Made by a program: the position numbers and the translations under genes | In this document: positions 1-10,160 of the stretch, in pieces | Layout: the number at the start of each line of letters is the position of its first letter | Position numbering within the stretch: the stretch's first letter is position 1 | From: a virus | Lineage: Duplodnaviria; Caudoviricetes | Strand: one strand, 5' to 3' | Virus record (IMG/VR): IMGVR_UViG_3300020472_000028 | Coordinates: 1 to 57,590 of that record | DNA: 57,590 nt | The notes under the pieces: generated by a model | What the model saw: only the letters and a program-made list of their open reading frames with translations | The model's database searches: none | Told to the model about the DNA's origin: nothing

Positions 1-1
1 T

Positions 2-2638
2 TTCTTGGTAACCAGTGCACAAGGTAACCAATTTACTTACCAGATGTCTGCTGAGCCATCAGGTAACGCACTAGGTAACAACGTACTAGTCAAGGTCGAG
101 ATTGATACAGTTGACTCTGCTTCACCATATGTCTTCAACTGCTCGTTGAGATCAGTTTGGGGTATTAATGGTATGTCTGCTGACGGTAGTCAAGCAACAG
201 GTTTCAAGTCAATGGTTGTTGCCCAGTTTACTGGAATATCGCTACAGAAAGATGACAGAGCATTCGTCATTTACAACCAAACTACTGGAGCATATGAACC
301 CCAAGCTGCGGGATCTGGTGCTCACATTAATGGACTTGCCAAATACCGAAAGGGGTGGCGACACCGACATATATTCGCAGCAAACGACGCATTCATCCAA
401 GTCGTTTCCGTCTTCGCAGTTGGATTCGGAGATCATTTCTTCGCTGACAGTGGAGGAGACCTCTCGATTACCAACTCGAACTCAAACTTTGGTAACACTT
501 CTCTTAGATCTAAAGGATTTAAGGCATCAGCATTTACGAAAGATAAAGCAGGGCAAGTTACACATGTAATACCACCTAAGTCTCTATCAGATATTTCTGA
601 GATCTCAATTAACTGGGTCACTATCGATATTACTAAAACACGAAGTGTTGCAGACCCGACAAAATTATTCTTATATGGTTACACAGTAGAAGGTGGCAAA
701 CCACCAGCAAAAGTCCAAGGATATACTATTGGTGCTAGACGTGATGACGTTAACACTCCAGATCGCCTATATGTGCTCTTGGTTGCCAGTGGTGCATCAG
801 AACCTACTACACACTATGCTGACGTATCACCTAGTGGTACTGATGTAACAGGTACTAAAGCAGGTGATGATGAGTCACCACTCAAGTGGGATAGTGTTAA
901 CAATCAGTGGTATATTCAGGTGGATGGATCCGCTAATACCATATACACAACACTACAAGCGAATAGCACATATCAGAATTTAGGATTCACACCGACAACA
1001 TTTATCAGAAGGGTACCCGATGCTAGAAACTTGGTTGATAGGATTTACAGGTACCGCTATGTATTGGACAAGGATGCCTTCCCCGTTCCTAGAGCACCTA
1101 TTACAGGTTTCGTACTACAACCACGAAGTAGTGAAACCAATAGTCCAGCATTTGCCAAAGCTTATTACATATATGCTGTAGAGACATTCCAGACATTCGT
1201 CAAGGGTGTTACTGACGGTGTATATTATCTGACGTTATTGAATGCTTCAGTAGCACCATCAACGTCTAACTTTAATGACTTCGCATTCTCTCAAGCAGTT
1301 GTAGACTTATATCCTGCATTTGATAGAGATAACCCAGTAGCAGATCCAGCAGCAGCAGTATCCATAGCAAGTAATGAAACTCTTGGTGTTGTTACAACTA
1401 CTGACGGTGCATCTCCTACTCCTAATGAAGATACACAGAGATCTCTTACTAAAGAAACATCTCAGTTCTTCCTATTAGAGACAGAGAATAACTTAGGATA
1501 TAACACTACATCTAACGTATTGAATGGTATTAGTGTTACTGCAAGACTAGGTGATGCTGAAGAAAGAAAGATTGCCCTGAAGTTGAATGCTGATAACTCA
1601 GTTCAACCTCTACTCTGTGAGTTGAGACGTTACTCAATTCTGAGAGCATCAGGTCACACGTTTGAGTATCTTGGATTTGGTCCAGGTAACTATTCAACTG
1701 CATTCCCATCTACACAGGTGGAAGTATTAACACCAGCACAGGTCAGACTGTCACAGTCACTTAAAGAATCTGCGGGTGTTGCATACTACTCTGGTGTTAA
1801 CAGTGATGGTGAGTTGTTCGTTGGTAACCAGGTTATTAACCCAGTTACAGGTCAGATCACTAACGAAGATATTGCTCAACTTAACGTGTTGGGTGAAGAA
1901 GGTACAACTATTGAAACCTTCTCAGAGATTGTGCTTACTGATAAACTAACTGTTATCGGTGGTGCATCTAACCAGTTGGAATCAGTATTCTCTGGTCCTG
2001 CTACATTCCAGAAGAAGATAACTTCTCAGGATACATTGCAGACGCTAAACTTTACCTTATCTAACGATGATGGTACTGTTTTGAAGAATACATTCCTTGC
2101 TGAGGATGATGGTACTGGTAATCCAACAGTAACAGCAGGATCAGCATTTAACTCTGGAGATATTTGTTATAACGTAGACTGGACTCCAGGTAAATTCTTA
2201 GGATGGATATATGATTCAGGCACTTGGTATAAGTTTGGTCTGAGTGATACAGCACCTATTGAGTCTAATAGATTCTCAGGTGTGACTCATTATGGTATTG
2301 GTGAAGCACCAGATGCACTTAATAGAATGAGGATCACAGGTAATGTAGCAATTACAGGTGATATTGATGTAACTGGTAAGTATGGATGTGCAGATAAGTA
2401 TACTCTTGCAACTGGTGTTACTAATAGTAACAACGGTGTCATGTATACAGGTAATGGTGTTGCCACATCATTTGCTATATCTTCTGGACATACAGCATAT
2501 TCGTTATTAGTATTCTTGAATGGTGTTTGCCAGAGACCTGGTACTGATTATACTGTTACTGCAAACTCTGTAGACTTCTCTGTTGGTACTACACCTCAGA
2601 CTGGAGATAATATACAGATACGTGAACTCGTTATATAA
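2..2638 (+). CDS. Large virion structural / tail-fibre protein, C-terminal part (5'-truncated by window)
   Basis: Frame is open from the window edge. Motifs typical of cyanomyovirus fibre proteins (RASGHTFEYLGFGPGNYSTAFP, YYSGVNSDGELFVGN) and a C-terminal GNGVATSF...VFLNGVCQRPGTDYTV beta module. Confidence 0.75.
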   Translation, partial: FLVTSAQGNQFTYQMSAEPSGNALGNNVLVKVEIDTVDSASPYVFNCSLRSVWGINGMSADGSQATGFKSMVVAQFTGISLQKDDRAFVIYNQTTGAYEPQAAGSGAHINGLAKYRKGWRHRHIFAANDAFIQVVSVFAVGFGDHFFADSGGDLSITNSNSNFGNTSLRSKGFKASAFTKDKAGQVTHVIPPKSLSDISEISINWVTIDITKTRSVADPTKLFLYGYTVEGGKPPAKVQGYTIGARRDDVNTPDRLYVLLVASGASEPTTHYADVSPSGTDVTGTKAGDDESPLKWDSVNNQWYIQVDGSANTIYTTLQANSTYQNLGFTPTTFIRRVPDARNLVDRIYRYRYVLDKDAFPVPRAPITGFVLQPRSSETNSPAFAKAYYIYAVETFQTFVKGVTDGVYYLTLLNASVAPSTSNFNDFAFSQAVVDLYPAFDRDNPVADPAAAVSIASNETLGVVTTTDGASPTPNEDTQRSLTKETSQFFLLETENNLGYNTTSNVLNGISVTARLGDAEERKIALKLNADNSVQPLLCELRRYSILRASGHTFEYLGFGPGNYSTAFPSTQVEVLTPAQVRLSQSLKESAGVAYYSGVNSDGELFVGNQVINPVTGQITNEDIAQLNVLGEEGTTIETFSEIVLTDKLTVIGGASNQLESVFSGPATFQKKITSQDTLQTLNFTLSNDDGTVLKNTFLAEDDGTGNPTVTAGSAFNSGDICYNVDWTPGKFLGWIYDSGTWYKFGLSDTAPIESNRFSGVTHYGIGEAPDALNRMRITGNVAITGDIDVTGKYGCADKYTLATGVTNSNNGVMYTGNGVATSFAISSGHTAYSLLVFLNGVCQRPGTDYTVTANSVDFSVGTTPQTGDNIQIRELVI

Positions 2639-2639
2639 A

Positions 2640-2646
2640 CTAAATA
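2640..2646 (+). promoter_or_regulatory. T4-type late promoter variant (CTAAATA)
   Basis: CTAAATA about 20 nt upstream of ATG 2666; resembles the gp55-dependent TATAAATA consensus. Confidence 0.5.
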
Positions 2647-2665
2647 GTATTAAACGGGGATAAAT

Positions 2666-3538
2666 ATGTCCACCAAAATAATTGGTAATCAGATTGATGC
2701 TACGACTCGTGCCATAATGGAGGCACTACAGTTGACAGAGCAACTCAATCTCCCTGCTCTTAACCAAGCAGCGGTAACTGCTTTAGGTACTCCTGCCTAT
2801 GGTACCATTGTGTACAACTCTACGGAGGATATGGCACAGATCTATAAACAGGATGCTGCCCAGGGTGTGCCAGGTTGGACAGATGTAGGTGGAGGTGGTC
2901 CCTCAGTTGGTGAGAATAGTATAATAAGGACTAACGGCACAACGATAGGAGAAAACTTAACTATAGGTCCAGTTGCTAACGGTGGAGTAGAATTTACAAA
3001 CGGTTTTAGCGCAGGTCCAATCACTATTGCAAACGGTTTTACAGTCACGATTGAAAATAATGCCACGTGGAATATCCTCGGTGGTGATGACATGTTAAAC
3101 CTTGAGGTTGTAGATATAATAACTCAAGATTTCAGATCAACTGGAATGCATTTCTCAGGTGGTCGTAAAGAGCATTGTAAATTCTATGCTGATTATAGTG
3201 GTGATGTAACTCATAGTATTAATAACGGTAACACAATATATGTCACAAGAAATGGTGGTGGTAACTTTAGGATAAACCTAACAGATATGGATGAGCACAA
3301 TGGTGACGGTAGTTGTTATCATTTCAGATGTTTCTGTGAGAATGCAGGAGCAAACGGATTGCCATCTAGCATAAGTATATTAGGTATAAACTGTCCTATT
3401 GACTGGTCTGGAGGATCAGGACCAAGTATGAACCAAGACTATGCTATGGTTGATTTCCTTATTATAGATAAGGTACCTAAGAATCAAGATGGTAATGAGG
3501 AGTTTGTGGTACTAGGACACTGGAGAACTTATAACTAA
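2666..3538 (+). CDS. Tail-fibre-associated structural protein
   Basis: GTIVYNST...W..VGGG and IRTNGTTIGENLTI...SAGPITIANGFTVTI motifs common in marine phage fibre proteins; located in the fibre block. Confidence 0.6.
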   Translation: MSTKIIGNQIDATTRAIMEALQLTEQLNLPALNQAAVTALGTPAYGTIVYNSTEDMAQIYKQDAAQGVPGWTDVGGGGPSVGENSIIRTNGTTIGENLTIGPVANGGVEFTNGFSAGPITIANGFTVTIENNATWNILGGDDMLNLEVVDIITQDFRSTGMHFSGGRKEHCKFYADYSGDVTHSINNGNTIYVTRNGGGNFRINLTDMDEHNGDGSCYHFRCFCENAGANGLPSSISILGINCPIDWSGGSGPSMNQDYAMVDFLIIDKVPKNQDGNEEFVVLGHWRTYN

Positions 3539-3543
3539 ATGAT

Positions 3544-4161
3544 ATGATATTTGATACCCCTCTCTGGATTAAGAGAGTTGATTTTGATAATGATAAATTA
3601 GAGCAAGAGATATATAATTTCTCTGAGCATGAACCTAATCACCCATATTCTTCTAACGGAGGGTATCAGGGTGATTTGTTTTATAACAAAGAATGGATAG
3701 ATCTAGTTGCTGCTAATTGCCCATTTAGAGAAGATAAACCATTAAGTAATATAATGATATATTCTTGGTGTAATATCAATCCAAAGGGAGCATCTAACTC
3801 TAGACATATACACGCAGATACAAATATATTTCTGTGCGGTGTATACTATGTGAAGGTGCCTAAATACTCAGGTAGCATAAGATTTTATGACCCTAGAGGT
3901 CCATTAGTCCATGTGCAACGTGATCATGAATATTTTAATGATGGTATAGATAAGCATGAGATCGAACCAGAGTCTGGGACGTTAATATATTTCCCGTCGT
4001 GGTTAGAGCATGATGTGACTGAGAATGAGAGTGATGATGATCGGATATCAATAGCATTCAATTTGTCTGCTGATTTTGAGGGTAAGAGTAATTGCTTAGA
4101 AGTATCTGAGCACAATCCTTTTGCTCAGAATCAGGGACATTCTGGAAAATATCTGGTATAA
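3544..4161 (+). CDS. Putative Fe(II)/2OG oxygenase (TIGR02466-like)
   Basis: WCNIN...RHIH...GVYYVKVP..SGSIRFYDPR...FPSWLEHDV...DRISIAFN signature. Confidence 0.85.
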   Translation: MIFDTPLWIKRVDFDNDKLEQEIYNFSEHEPNHPYSSNGGYQGDLFYNKEWIDLVAANCPFREDKPLSNIMIYSWCNINPKGASNSRHIHADTNIFLCGVYYVKVPKYSGSIRFYDPRGPLVHVQRDHEYFNDGIDKHEIEPESGTLIYFPSWLEHDVTENESDDDRISIAFNLSADFEGKSNCLEVSEHNPFAQNQGHSGKYLV

Positions 4162-4164
4162 ATA
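4157..4164 (+). promoter_or_regulatory. T4-type late promoter TATAAATA
   Basis: Exact consensus about 30 nt upstream of ATG 4196. Confidence 0.7.
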
Positions 4165-4195
4165 ATGATAAATAGAAACGTAGTAGTAGTTTAGT

Positions 4196-5005
4196 ATGGC
4201 ACAGTTAAACCTGGGAGCTATAAAAGACGTAGGTGGTATTGGAGGTTTTACTTTCACAAGTAGTGGTATAACCGCTAATGGTACCTTAAATGTTACTGAT
4301 ATAGAAATCAGTGGTAACTTGGCAGGTTCGTCTGCATATATTCTCCCCAATCCATCAGGTCATGCTGATGAATACATATCAACCAATGGGTCAGCACTCA
4401 CGTGGGGTAACTTATCATCTGCTTCTGGTATTAGATCTATGCAGGTCTGGACTGGTAATGGCACATGGTACAAACCTAGTGATGTTAGCACCATAATGGT
4501 GACTGTAACTGGTGCGGGAGGAGGTGGATCAGGATTCATGGAATCTGGTGGTGCTGGAGGTACAGCACAAAGACAATTAGATGTAACTAATATTGGATCA
4601 GTATCAGTCACAGTGGGAAACCCAGGTGGTGGTACTAACTACTCAGGATGTGGTGGTAACGGAAACTCATCATCATTTGGTGGATATTGTAGTGCTTCTC
4701 AAGGAATCGGTGCTAACTGTTCTCAGCAACATGCTGGAGGATACGGTGGTAACGGATCAGGTGGGTCACTAAATATTTACGGTGGAGGTGGATCAGGACA
4801 CGGATCTCACTATACATATGGTAACCATTCATGTGGTAAATCATATTGGGGAGGTGGACAACCTTCTTCCCATCAACAGCAGAACTATGCTCATAGACAC
4901 CAATCACATGCTGCCTGGGGTTCAGGTGGTAATGGATGTAGAGAAGGTGGACGTGGTGCAAGAGGTCGTGAAGGTGTCGTCGTGGTACATGAGTTCTACG
5001 GATAA
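4196..5005 (+). CDS. Glycine-rich tail-fibre-related protein, paralogue 1
   Basis: GTWYKPSDV...VTGAGGGGSG...GGAGG...VTVG.PG...G..GVVVV pattern of the phage glycine-rich fibre domain. Confidence 0.75.
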   Translation: MAQLNLGAIKDVGGIGGFTFTSSGITANGTLNVTDIEISGNLAGSSAYILPNPSGHADEYISTNGSALTWGNLSSASGIRSMQVWTGNGTWYKPSDVSTIMVTVTGAGGGGSGFMESGGAGGTAQRQLDVTNIGSVSVTVGNPGGGTNYSGCGGNGNSSSFGGYCSASQGIGANCSQQHAGGYGGNGSGGSLNIYGGGGSGHGSHYTYGNHSCGKSYWGGGQPSSHQQQNYAHRHQSHAAWGSGGNGCREGGRGARGREGVVVVHEFYG

Positions 5006-5026
5006 ATACAAGGAAAGCAGTGACCT

Positions 5027-5836
5027 ATGTCAAAACTTAAAGTATCAGCATTAAAAGACTTAACTGGAGCACAAGGGTTTATGCTTGCAGGTGGTGGTAT
5101 CACTGCGACAACCACCCTGACATGCTCTAATGTAGTCATTAATGGTGCGATTCGTGGTGGATCCACATTCGTTGTACCTCCTATGGGTGGTAACGAAGGT
5201 AAAGCATTGAGATCCACTGGTTCTGAGTATGTTTGGTCAGGTGTTAGTGCTGGATCTGGTATAAGATCTATGCAAGTATGGACTAATAACGGTACATGGT
5301 ATAAACCCAGTGATGTGGGTACTATCACAGTTACTGTTGTTGGTGCTGGTGGAGGTGGATCAGGTTACAATGAATCTGGTGGTGCTGGTGGAATGGCAGA
5401 AAGGGTTATAAATGTTGAGAATGTAAGTTCTATTTCAGTTACAGTAGGTAATCCAGGTGGAGGATCTAACTATTCTGGATGTGGAGGTGGAGGTAATACT
5501 TCGTCATTTGGGGGTTATTGCTCTGCATCTGGAGGATACGGTGCAAACTGTAGACAACAACACGCAGGTGGAATAGGTGGAAATGGTTCAGGTGGTAACC
5601 TGAATGTATATGGTGGTGGAGGTAACGGACATGGATCACACTGGTCCTTCGGTTGCGTCACTGCTGGTATGTCATACATTGGAGGTACCCAACCTTCAAG
5701 TCACCAACAACGAGACTATGCTCATAGACACCAATCACATGCAGCATGGGGCGCAGGTGGTAATGGAGCACAGCACGGAGCACGTGGTGCTAGGGGAAGA
5801 GAAGGTGTCGTTATCGTACAGGAGTATTACGGATGA
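5027..5836 (+). CDS. Glycine-rich tail-fibre-related protein, paralogue 2
   Basis: Colinear paralogue of 4196-5005; GATAAATA late-promoter-like site at 5001-5008. Confidence 0.75.
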   Translation: MSKLKVSALKDLTGAQGFMLAGGGITATTTLTCSNVVINGAIRGGSTFVVPPMGGNEGKALRSTGSEYVWSGVSAGSGIRSMQVWTNNGTWYKPSDVGTITVTVVGAGGGGSGYNESGGAGGMAERVINVENVSSISVTVGNPGGGSNYSGCGGGGNTSSFGGYCSASGGYGANCRQQHAGGIGGNGSGGNLNVYGGGGNGHGSHWSFGCVTAGMSYIGGTQPSSHQQRDYAHRHQSHAAWGAGGNGAQHGARGARGREGVVIVQEYYG

Positions 5837-6657
5837 GCGTTCTTAAAGTTACTGGAGTTACTGACCTCGCTGGTCTCGGTGGTTTCACTCTATCGAGTGG
5901 AGCGATCACCTGTAATGGGACGCTGAAGGTTAATAACATAAACATAAATGGTACCATTACTGGTAGTTCTAACTTCAACATACCTAGTTTTTCAGGTCAG
6001 TCAGGACAATTCTTGAGCACCAATGGTACAAATCTTATCTGGTCAACTGATATCTCTGGAGGAGGTGGAGGTGGTGCTGGATTTAGATCCATGCAAGTAT
6101 GGACTAATAACGGTACATGGTATAAACCATCAGGTGTTGGAAGTATTAAAGTACAAGTAGTAGGTGCTGGTGGTGGAGGATCAGGAAAATGTGAATCAGG
6201 TGGTGCTGGTGGATTTTCCGAAAGAGTTATAGATGTAGCAAACGTATCATCAGTATCAGTAACAGTAGGAAACCCAGGTGGTGGTACTAGTTACTCTGGT
6301 TGTGGTGGTAATGGTAACAGTAGTTCATTCGGTGGATACTGTAGTGCTTCACGTGGAATTGGTGCCAACTGCTCACAGCAACACGCTGGTGGGTATGGTG
6401 GTAATGGATCTGGAGGCAACCTAAATGCCTATGGAGGTGGTGGAAACGGTTACGGTAACTGGTCTAAGTATGGTAACTATTCTGCTGGTGCATCCTATAT
6501 GGGTGGATCACAACCTGCATCTCACCAACAACAAGACTATTCACACAGGCATCAATCACACTGTGCTTGGGGTGCTGGCGGTAATGGTGCTCGTGAGGGT
6601 ACTAGAGGTGCTAGAGGACGTGAAGGTGTGGTCGTAGTATACGAATTCTACGGTTAA
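5833..6657 (+). CDS. Glycine-rich tail-fibre-related protein, paralogue 3
   Basis: Colinear paralogue; ATGA overlap with paralogue 2. Confidence 0.75.
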   Translation: MSVLKVTGVTDLAGLGGFTLSSGAITCNGTLKVNNININGTITGSSNFNIPSFSGQSGQFLSTNGTNLIWSTDISGGGGGGAGFRSMQVWTNNGTWYKPSGVGSIKVQVVGAGGGGSGKCESGGAGGFSERVIDVANVSSVSVTVGNPGGGTSYSGCGGNGNSSSFGGYCSASRGIGANCSQQHAGGYGGNGSGGNLNAYGGGGNGYGNWSKYGNYSAGASYMGGSQPASHQQQDYSHRHQSHCAWGAGGNGAREGTRGARGREGVVVVYEFYG

Positions 6658-6664
6658 CTAAATA
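6658..6664 (+). promoter_or_regulatory. Late promoter variant (CTAAATA) followed by an AAGGAG ribosome-binding site
   Basis: CTAAATA directly after the stop of paralogue 3; GAAGGAG upstream of ATG 6690. Confidence 0.5.
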
Positions 6665-6689
6665 ACTATCGAAGGAGATTTAATCTATC

Positions 6690-7118
6690 ATGGCTAAATG
6701 GGCATTAGTAAGTAAAGACACAGGTGCACTATCTGACATCTGTGATGAAGCAGATAAATTTGAGGTATATGAAGGTGCCGACGCTACTATGAAGTGGATG
6801 GAAGTGCCTGATGATGCCACATTTGATCATCAGATGATTAATGGTGTCTTAGTAGATCACCATGACAACGAAGACCTTAGAGAAGAGGCAGTTGTTGATC
6901 GTATCATTGCTTATGGTGATATCGGTGAGCAAATGGATATGCAGTATAGAGACGCTCTTAATGGTACTACTGAGTGGAAAGATCATGTTGCTAATGTAAA
7001 AGCAACAACCACTAAACCTGGTACAATTGCTGCATTCGTGCAAGATCCTAAGAAGATTCAGTTACAAGGTAGAGATCCTTGGGATCCCTGGGTTGACAAC
7101 TGGGTACCTCCAGGGTAG
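6690..7118 (+). CDS. Tail-fibre-associated small protein (possible assembly chaperone)
   Basis: R..AYGDIGEQMDMQYRD...W.DHV..VK motif, as seen in proteins encoded downstream of marine phage fibre genes. Confidence 0.55.
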   Translation: MAKWALVSKDTGALSDICDEADKFEVYEGADATMKWMEVPDDATFDHQMINGVLVDHHDNEDLREEAVVDRIIAYGDIGEQMDMQYRDALNGTTEWKDHVANVKATTTKPGTIAAFVQDPKKIQLQGRDPWDPWVDNWVPPG

Positions 7119-7141
7119 AATAACCGAGTAAGAGTTTTGTT

Positions 7142-8599
7142 ATGAAGATTGTTATTGTTGGCGGTGGTACCGCTGGTTGGATGACTGCATCTACTCTGGT
7201 CAAGGCATATCCCGACTGGGATATTGTTTTGTACGAAGATGATAAGACTCCCTCAGTTGGTGTAGGTGAGTCAACAACACAGTTTTTTAGATTATGGTGT
7301 CACTTCCTTGATTTGAAGGATGAGGAGTGGATGCCATATTGTGACGCAACATATAAGTGTAGTGTAAGATTTCATAATTTTCATAAGAAAGGAGACACTC
7401 CTTGGCAGTACCCATTCGGTCCTCCAAGGAGTGATTTATTTGAACCAGCACAGTGGTGGTATTATCAGAAGAAGTATGGATGGAATAATGCTAAGTTTGC
7501 AGATGACTACAGTTATGCAGCAGCATGTATAACACAGAATAAACTACCATTAACCAATGATTACTGGGATCTACACAAGTATACTGGATTCCATTTCGAT
7601 GCTGCTAAGTTTGGTGAATGGTTAAGAGATAACTATGCTATACCACGTGGTGTTAAACGTAGAGTAAGGAAGATAAACCCTAAGAGATTACCTAAAGCAG
7701 ATCTATACTTTGATTGCACAGGATTCAAATCATTATTAAATGATTCACCTTGGCATAGTATGGAGGACATACTGCCTAATAATAGTGCAGTTGTGACCAG
7801 GTTTGCCTATGATAATAAAGAGAGACAGATGAAAGCAGTCACAGATTGTGTTGCTCTCGATAATGGTTGGTGTTGGAATGTACCAACATGGACTAGAATA
7901 GGTAGTGGATATGTATATTGTGATAAGTTTTGCTCAGATCAAGAAGCAATAGATGAGTTTAGAGATTACTTAGCAGATAATGTAGAGTCTGATGTAGGAG
8001 CATATACTGACAAGATGTTCCGTGTTATTAAATGGACAACAGGTAGAAGAGAGAAGATGTGGAATGGTAATGTAATATCAATTGGATTGTCTGCTGGTTT
8101 CATTGAACCATTAGAATCTAATGGTATACTATCCATACATAATTTCCTATTAATGTTCCTACGTGTGGTAGATGGTAGGAGAAACTTCACACAGATAATG
8201 AAGGATACCTTTAATAATAATTGTAATGGTAGTTTTGATGAGTTTGCAACGTTTGTTGCATCACATTTCGCATTAACACAACGTGATGATACACCATACT
8301 GGAAACATGTAAGTAGTATTAATTATCCAGATGATCATGCTATCTTTAGATTCCAAAGGAACTTAGGACTACCATCATCAGTATATGGTTCTGCATATAG
8401 TTGGGCAGATCTATCACAAGAAGGATCATTCTATGTCCAAGCAGGTCAAGGATGGAATCCATTTAGTGATCTAATCTATAAAGAATTAGATTACTATGCA
8501 GGTGGCACGGTACCTGAGCATGAACCAGTACCTTGGGAGGGTATAGATAAATTACAGTGCCCATACGATTACTATAAGGAGAATCTATATGCGAGTTGA
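7142..8599 (+). CDS. Flavin-dependent halogenase, tryptophan halogenase (PrnA-like) family, copy 1
   Basis: GGGTAG FAD motif, VGVGEST, catalytic-Lys region ATYKCSVRF, WCWNVP (WxWxIP variant) and FIEPLESNG. Confidence 0.9.
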   Translation: MKIVIVGGGTAGWMTASTLVKAYPDWDIVLYEDDKTPSVGVGESTTQFFRLWCHFLDLKDEEWMPYCDATYKCSVRFHNFHKKGDTPWQYPFGPPRSDLFEPAQWWYYQKKYGWNNAKFADDYSYAAACITQNKLPLTNDYWDLHKYTGFHFDAAKFGEWLRDNYAIPRGVKRRVRKINPKRLPKADLYFDCTGFKSLLNDSPWHSMEDILPNNSAVVTRFAYDNKERQMKAVTDCVALDNGWCWNVPTWTRIGSGYVYCDKFCSDQEAIDEFRDYLADNVESDVGAYTDKMFRVIKWTTGRREKMWNGNVISIGLSAGFIEPLESNGILSIHNFLLMFLRVVDGRRNFTQIMKDTFNNNCNGSFDEFATFVASHFALTQRDDTPYWKHVSSINYPDDHAIFRFQRNLGLPSSVYGSAYSWADLSQEGSFYVQAGQGWNPFSDLIYKELDYYAGGTVPEHEPVPWEGIDKLQCPYDYYKENLYAS

Positions 8600-10160
8600 A
8601 TCTATTTGTATTGTAGGTGGTGGTACATCAGGATGGATGGCAGCGGCATTATTATCTAAGTCACATCCAGATATTGAGATGTGTCTGATAGAGTCTCCTG
8701 ATATTAAACCTATAGGTGTAGGTGAATCAACTCTGGCAGATTTTAATAGGTACCTATTAAGATTAGGTCTTAAGGATGAAGACTGGATGACATATTGTAA
8801 TGCTACATATAAGTCATCAATTAGATTTAAGAATTTTAAAGAAGGAAAGGGTGAGTCATTCCAATATCCTTTTGGAGCATTTGGTCCACCACGTGATGAG
8901 ACACCATTTCATATTCAGAAATACTTTGAAGCATCATGGGTATATGATTATGGATCCGAGGAGTTTGCTAGGTTTGTTAATCCATTAACATATCCAACAG
9001 AGCATGGTAAGATAACCAAAGAGATACCTGATTCATATTATAACTCTGATACTGATCTTGCATATCATCTCAATGCTGATAAGTTTGGTGAGTATTTAAG
9101 AGATAATATTGCTGTACCTAATGGGGTACATCATGTCTATGGTGAAGTAAACAATGTAATTAAAACTATTCATGGTGATATATCTGCTATCACTACAACA
9201 GATGGTCAAGCAATTAGTGCTGATCTATTCATAGATTGCACAGGATTTAGATCACTGCTACTAGAGCAGCATATGAATGTACCATTTATTCCATTTACAG
9301 ATCAGTTATTCAATGATAGAGCATTAGCAACACATATTGAATATAAGGATAAAGAGACACAGATGGATACTTTCACTGACTGTGTTGCAATGAAGAATGG
9401 ATGGGTATATAATATTCCCATGTGGAATAATATAGGTACAGGATATGTTTACTCTAGTAAATATATCTCTGATGCTGAGGCAGAGGAGGAGTTTAGAGAG
9501 TATCTAGATGACCAAGAATGCTCACTAATGCCCATAAAAATAAAGCATGGTAAGCATAAGGTGGGATGGGTTAGGAATGTTGTAGGTATTGGTCTAGCAT
9601 ATGGTTTCATAGAACCATTAGAATCAACTGGACTGGTTACCACACATGATAATATTATTTTCTTAGATGATATATTATCTACTCGTGATGGACATGTAGT
9701 TAATCAAGATCGTATAGCATATAACTATGCTACTAATAAACTATTAGAATCATATAAGAATTTCGTGGTAAATCATTATACTTTCAGTATGAGAGAAGAT
9801 ACTCCATATTGGAGGGATGCCACCAATAATGTTGAAAGATTCTATAATTTCACTGATAATCCTGATGAGTCATCATTACATGCTATTAGTGACTATAGAC
9901 AACTATTAGAAACATTAGAGACTAAAGTATATGATCCTAGTGTGCTAGGTGAAGGGACAATATATATTTCAGCAGGAATGGGATATAAACCATTTACTAG
10001 ATCTATATTAAATGAGAGAGCAGATGAAGAAAGGTTCAAACAGATTGAACAATATCATAATGATTATTGCAAAAACAAAGAACATATGTTAGAGTGGGTG
10101 AATACGTTACCATCACATTATCAATACTTGAAGGATAATATCTATGTGGAATCCGTTTAA
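8589..10160 (+). CDS. Flavin-dependent halogenase, tryptophan halogenase (PrnA-like) family, copy 2
   Basis: GGGTSG, IGVGEST, ATYKSSIRF, ADLFIDCTGF, WVYNIP and FIEPLESTG. Confidence 0.9.
   Translation: MRVESICIVGGGTSGWMAAALLSKSHPDIEMCLIESPDIKPIGVGESTLADFNRYLLRLGLKDEDWMTYCNATYKSSIRFKNFKEGKGESFQYPFGAFGPPRDETPFHIQKYFEASWVYDYGSEEFARFVNPLTYPTEHGKITKEIPDSYYNSDTDLAYHLNADKFGEYLRDNIAVPNGVHHVYGEVNNVIKTIHGDISAITTTDGQAISADLFIDCTGFRSLLLEQHMNVPFIPFTDQLFNDRALATHIEYKDKETQMDTFTDCVAMKNGWVYNIPMWNNIGTGYVYSSKYISDAEAEEEFREYLDDQECSLMPIKIKHGKHKVGWVRNVVGIGLAYGFIEPLESTGLVTTHDNIIFLDDILSTRDGHVVNQDRIAYNYATNKLLESYKNFVVNHYTFSMREDTPYWRDATNNVERFYNFTDNPDESSLHAISDYRQLLETLETKVYDPSVLGEGTIYISAGMGYKPFTRSILNERADEERFKQIEQYHNDYCKNKEHMLEWVNTLPSHYQYLKDNIYVESV

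Noticed and set aside
4196-6657. Diversity-generating retroelement (template/variable repeat) explanation for the fibre repeats
   Set aside because: No reverse transcriptase in the window, all three copies are full ORFs, and differences are not adenine-specific.
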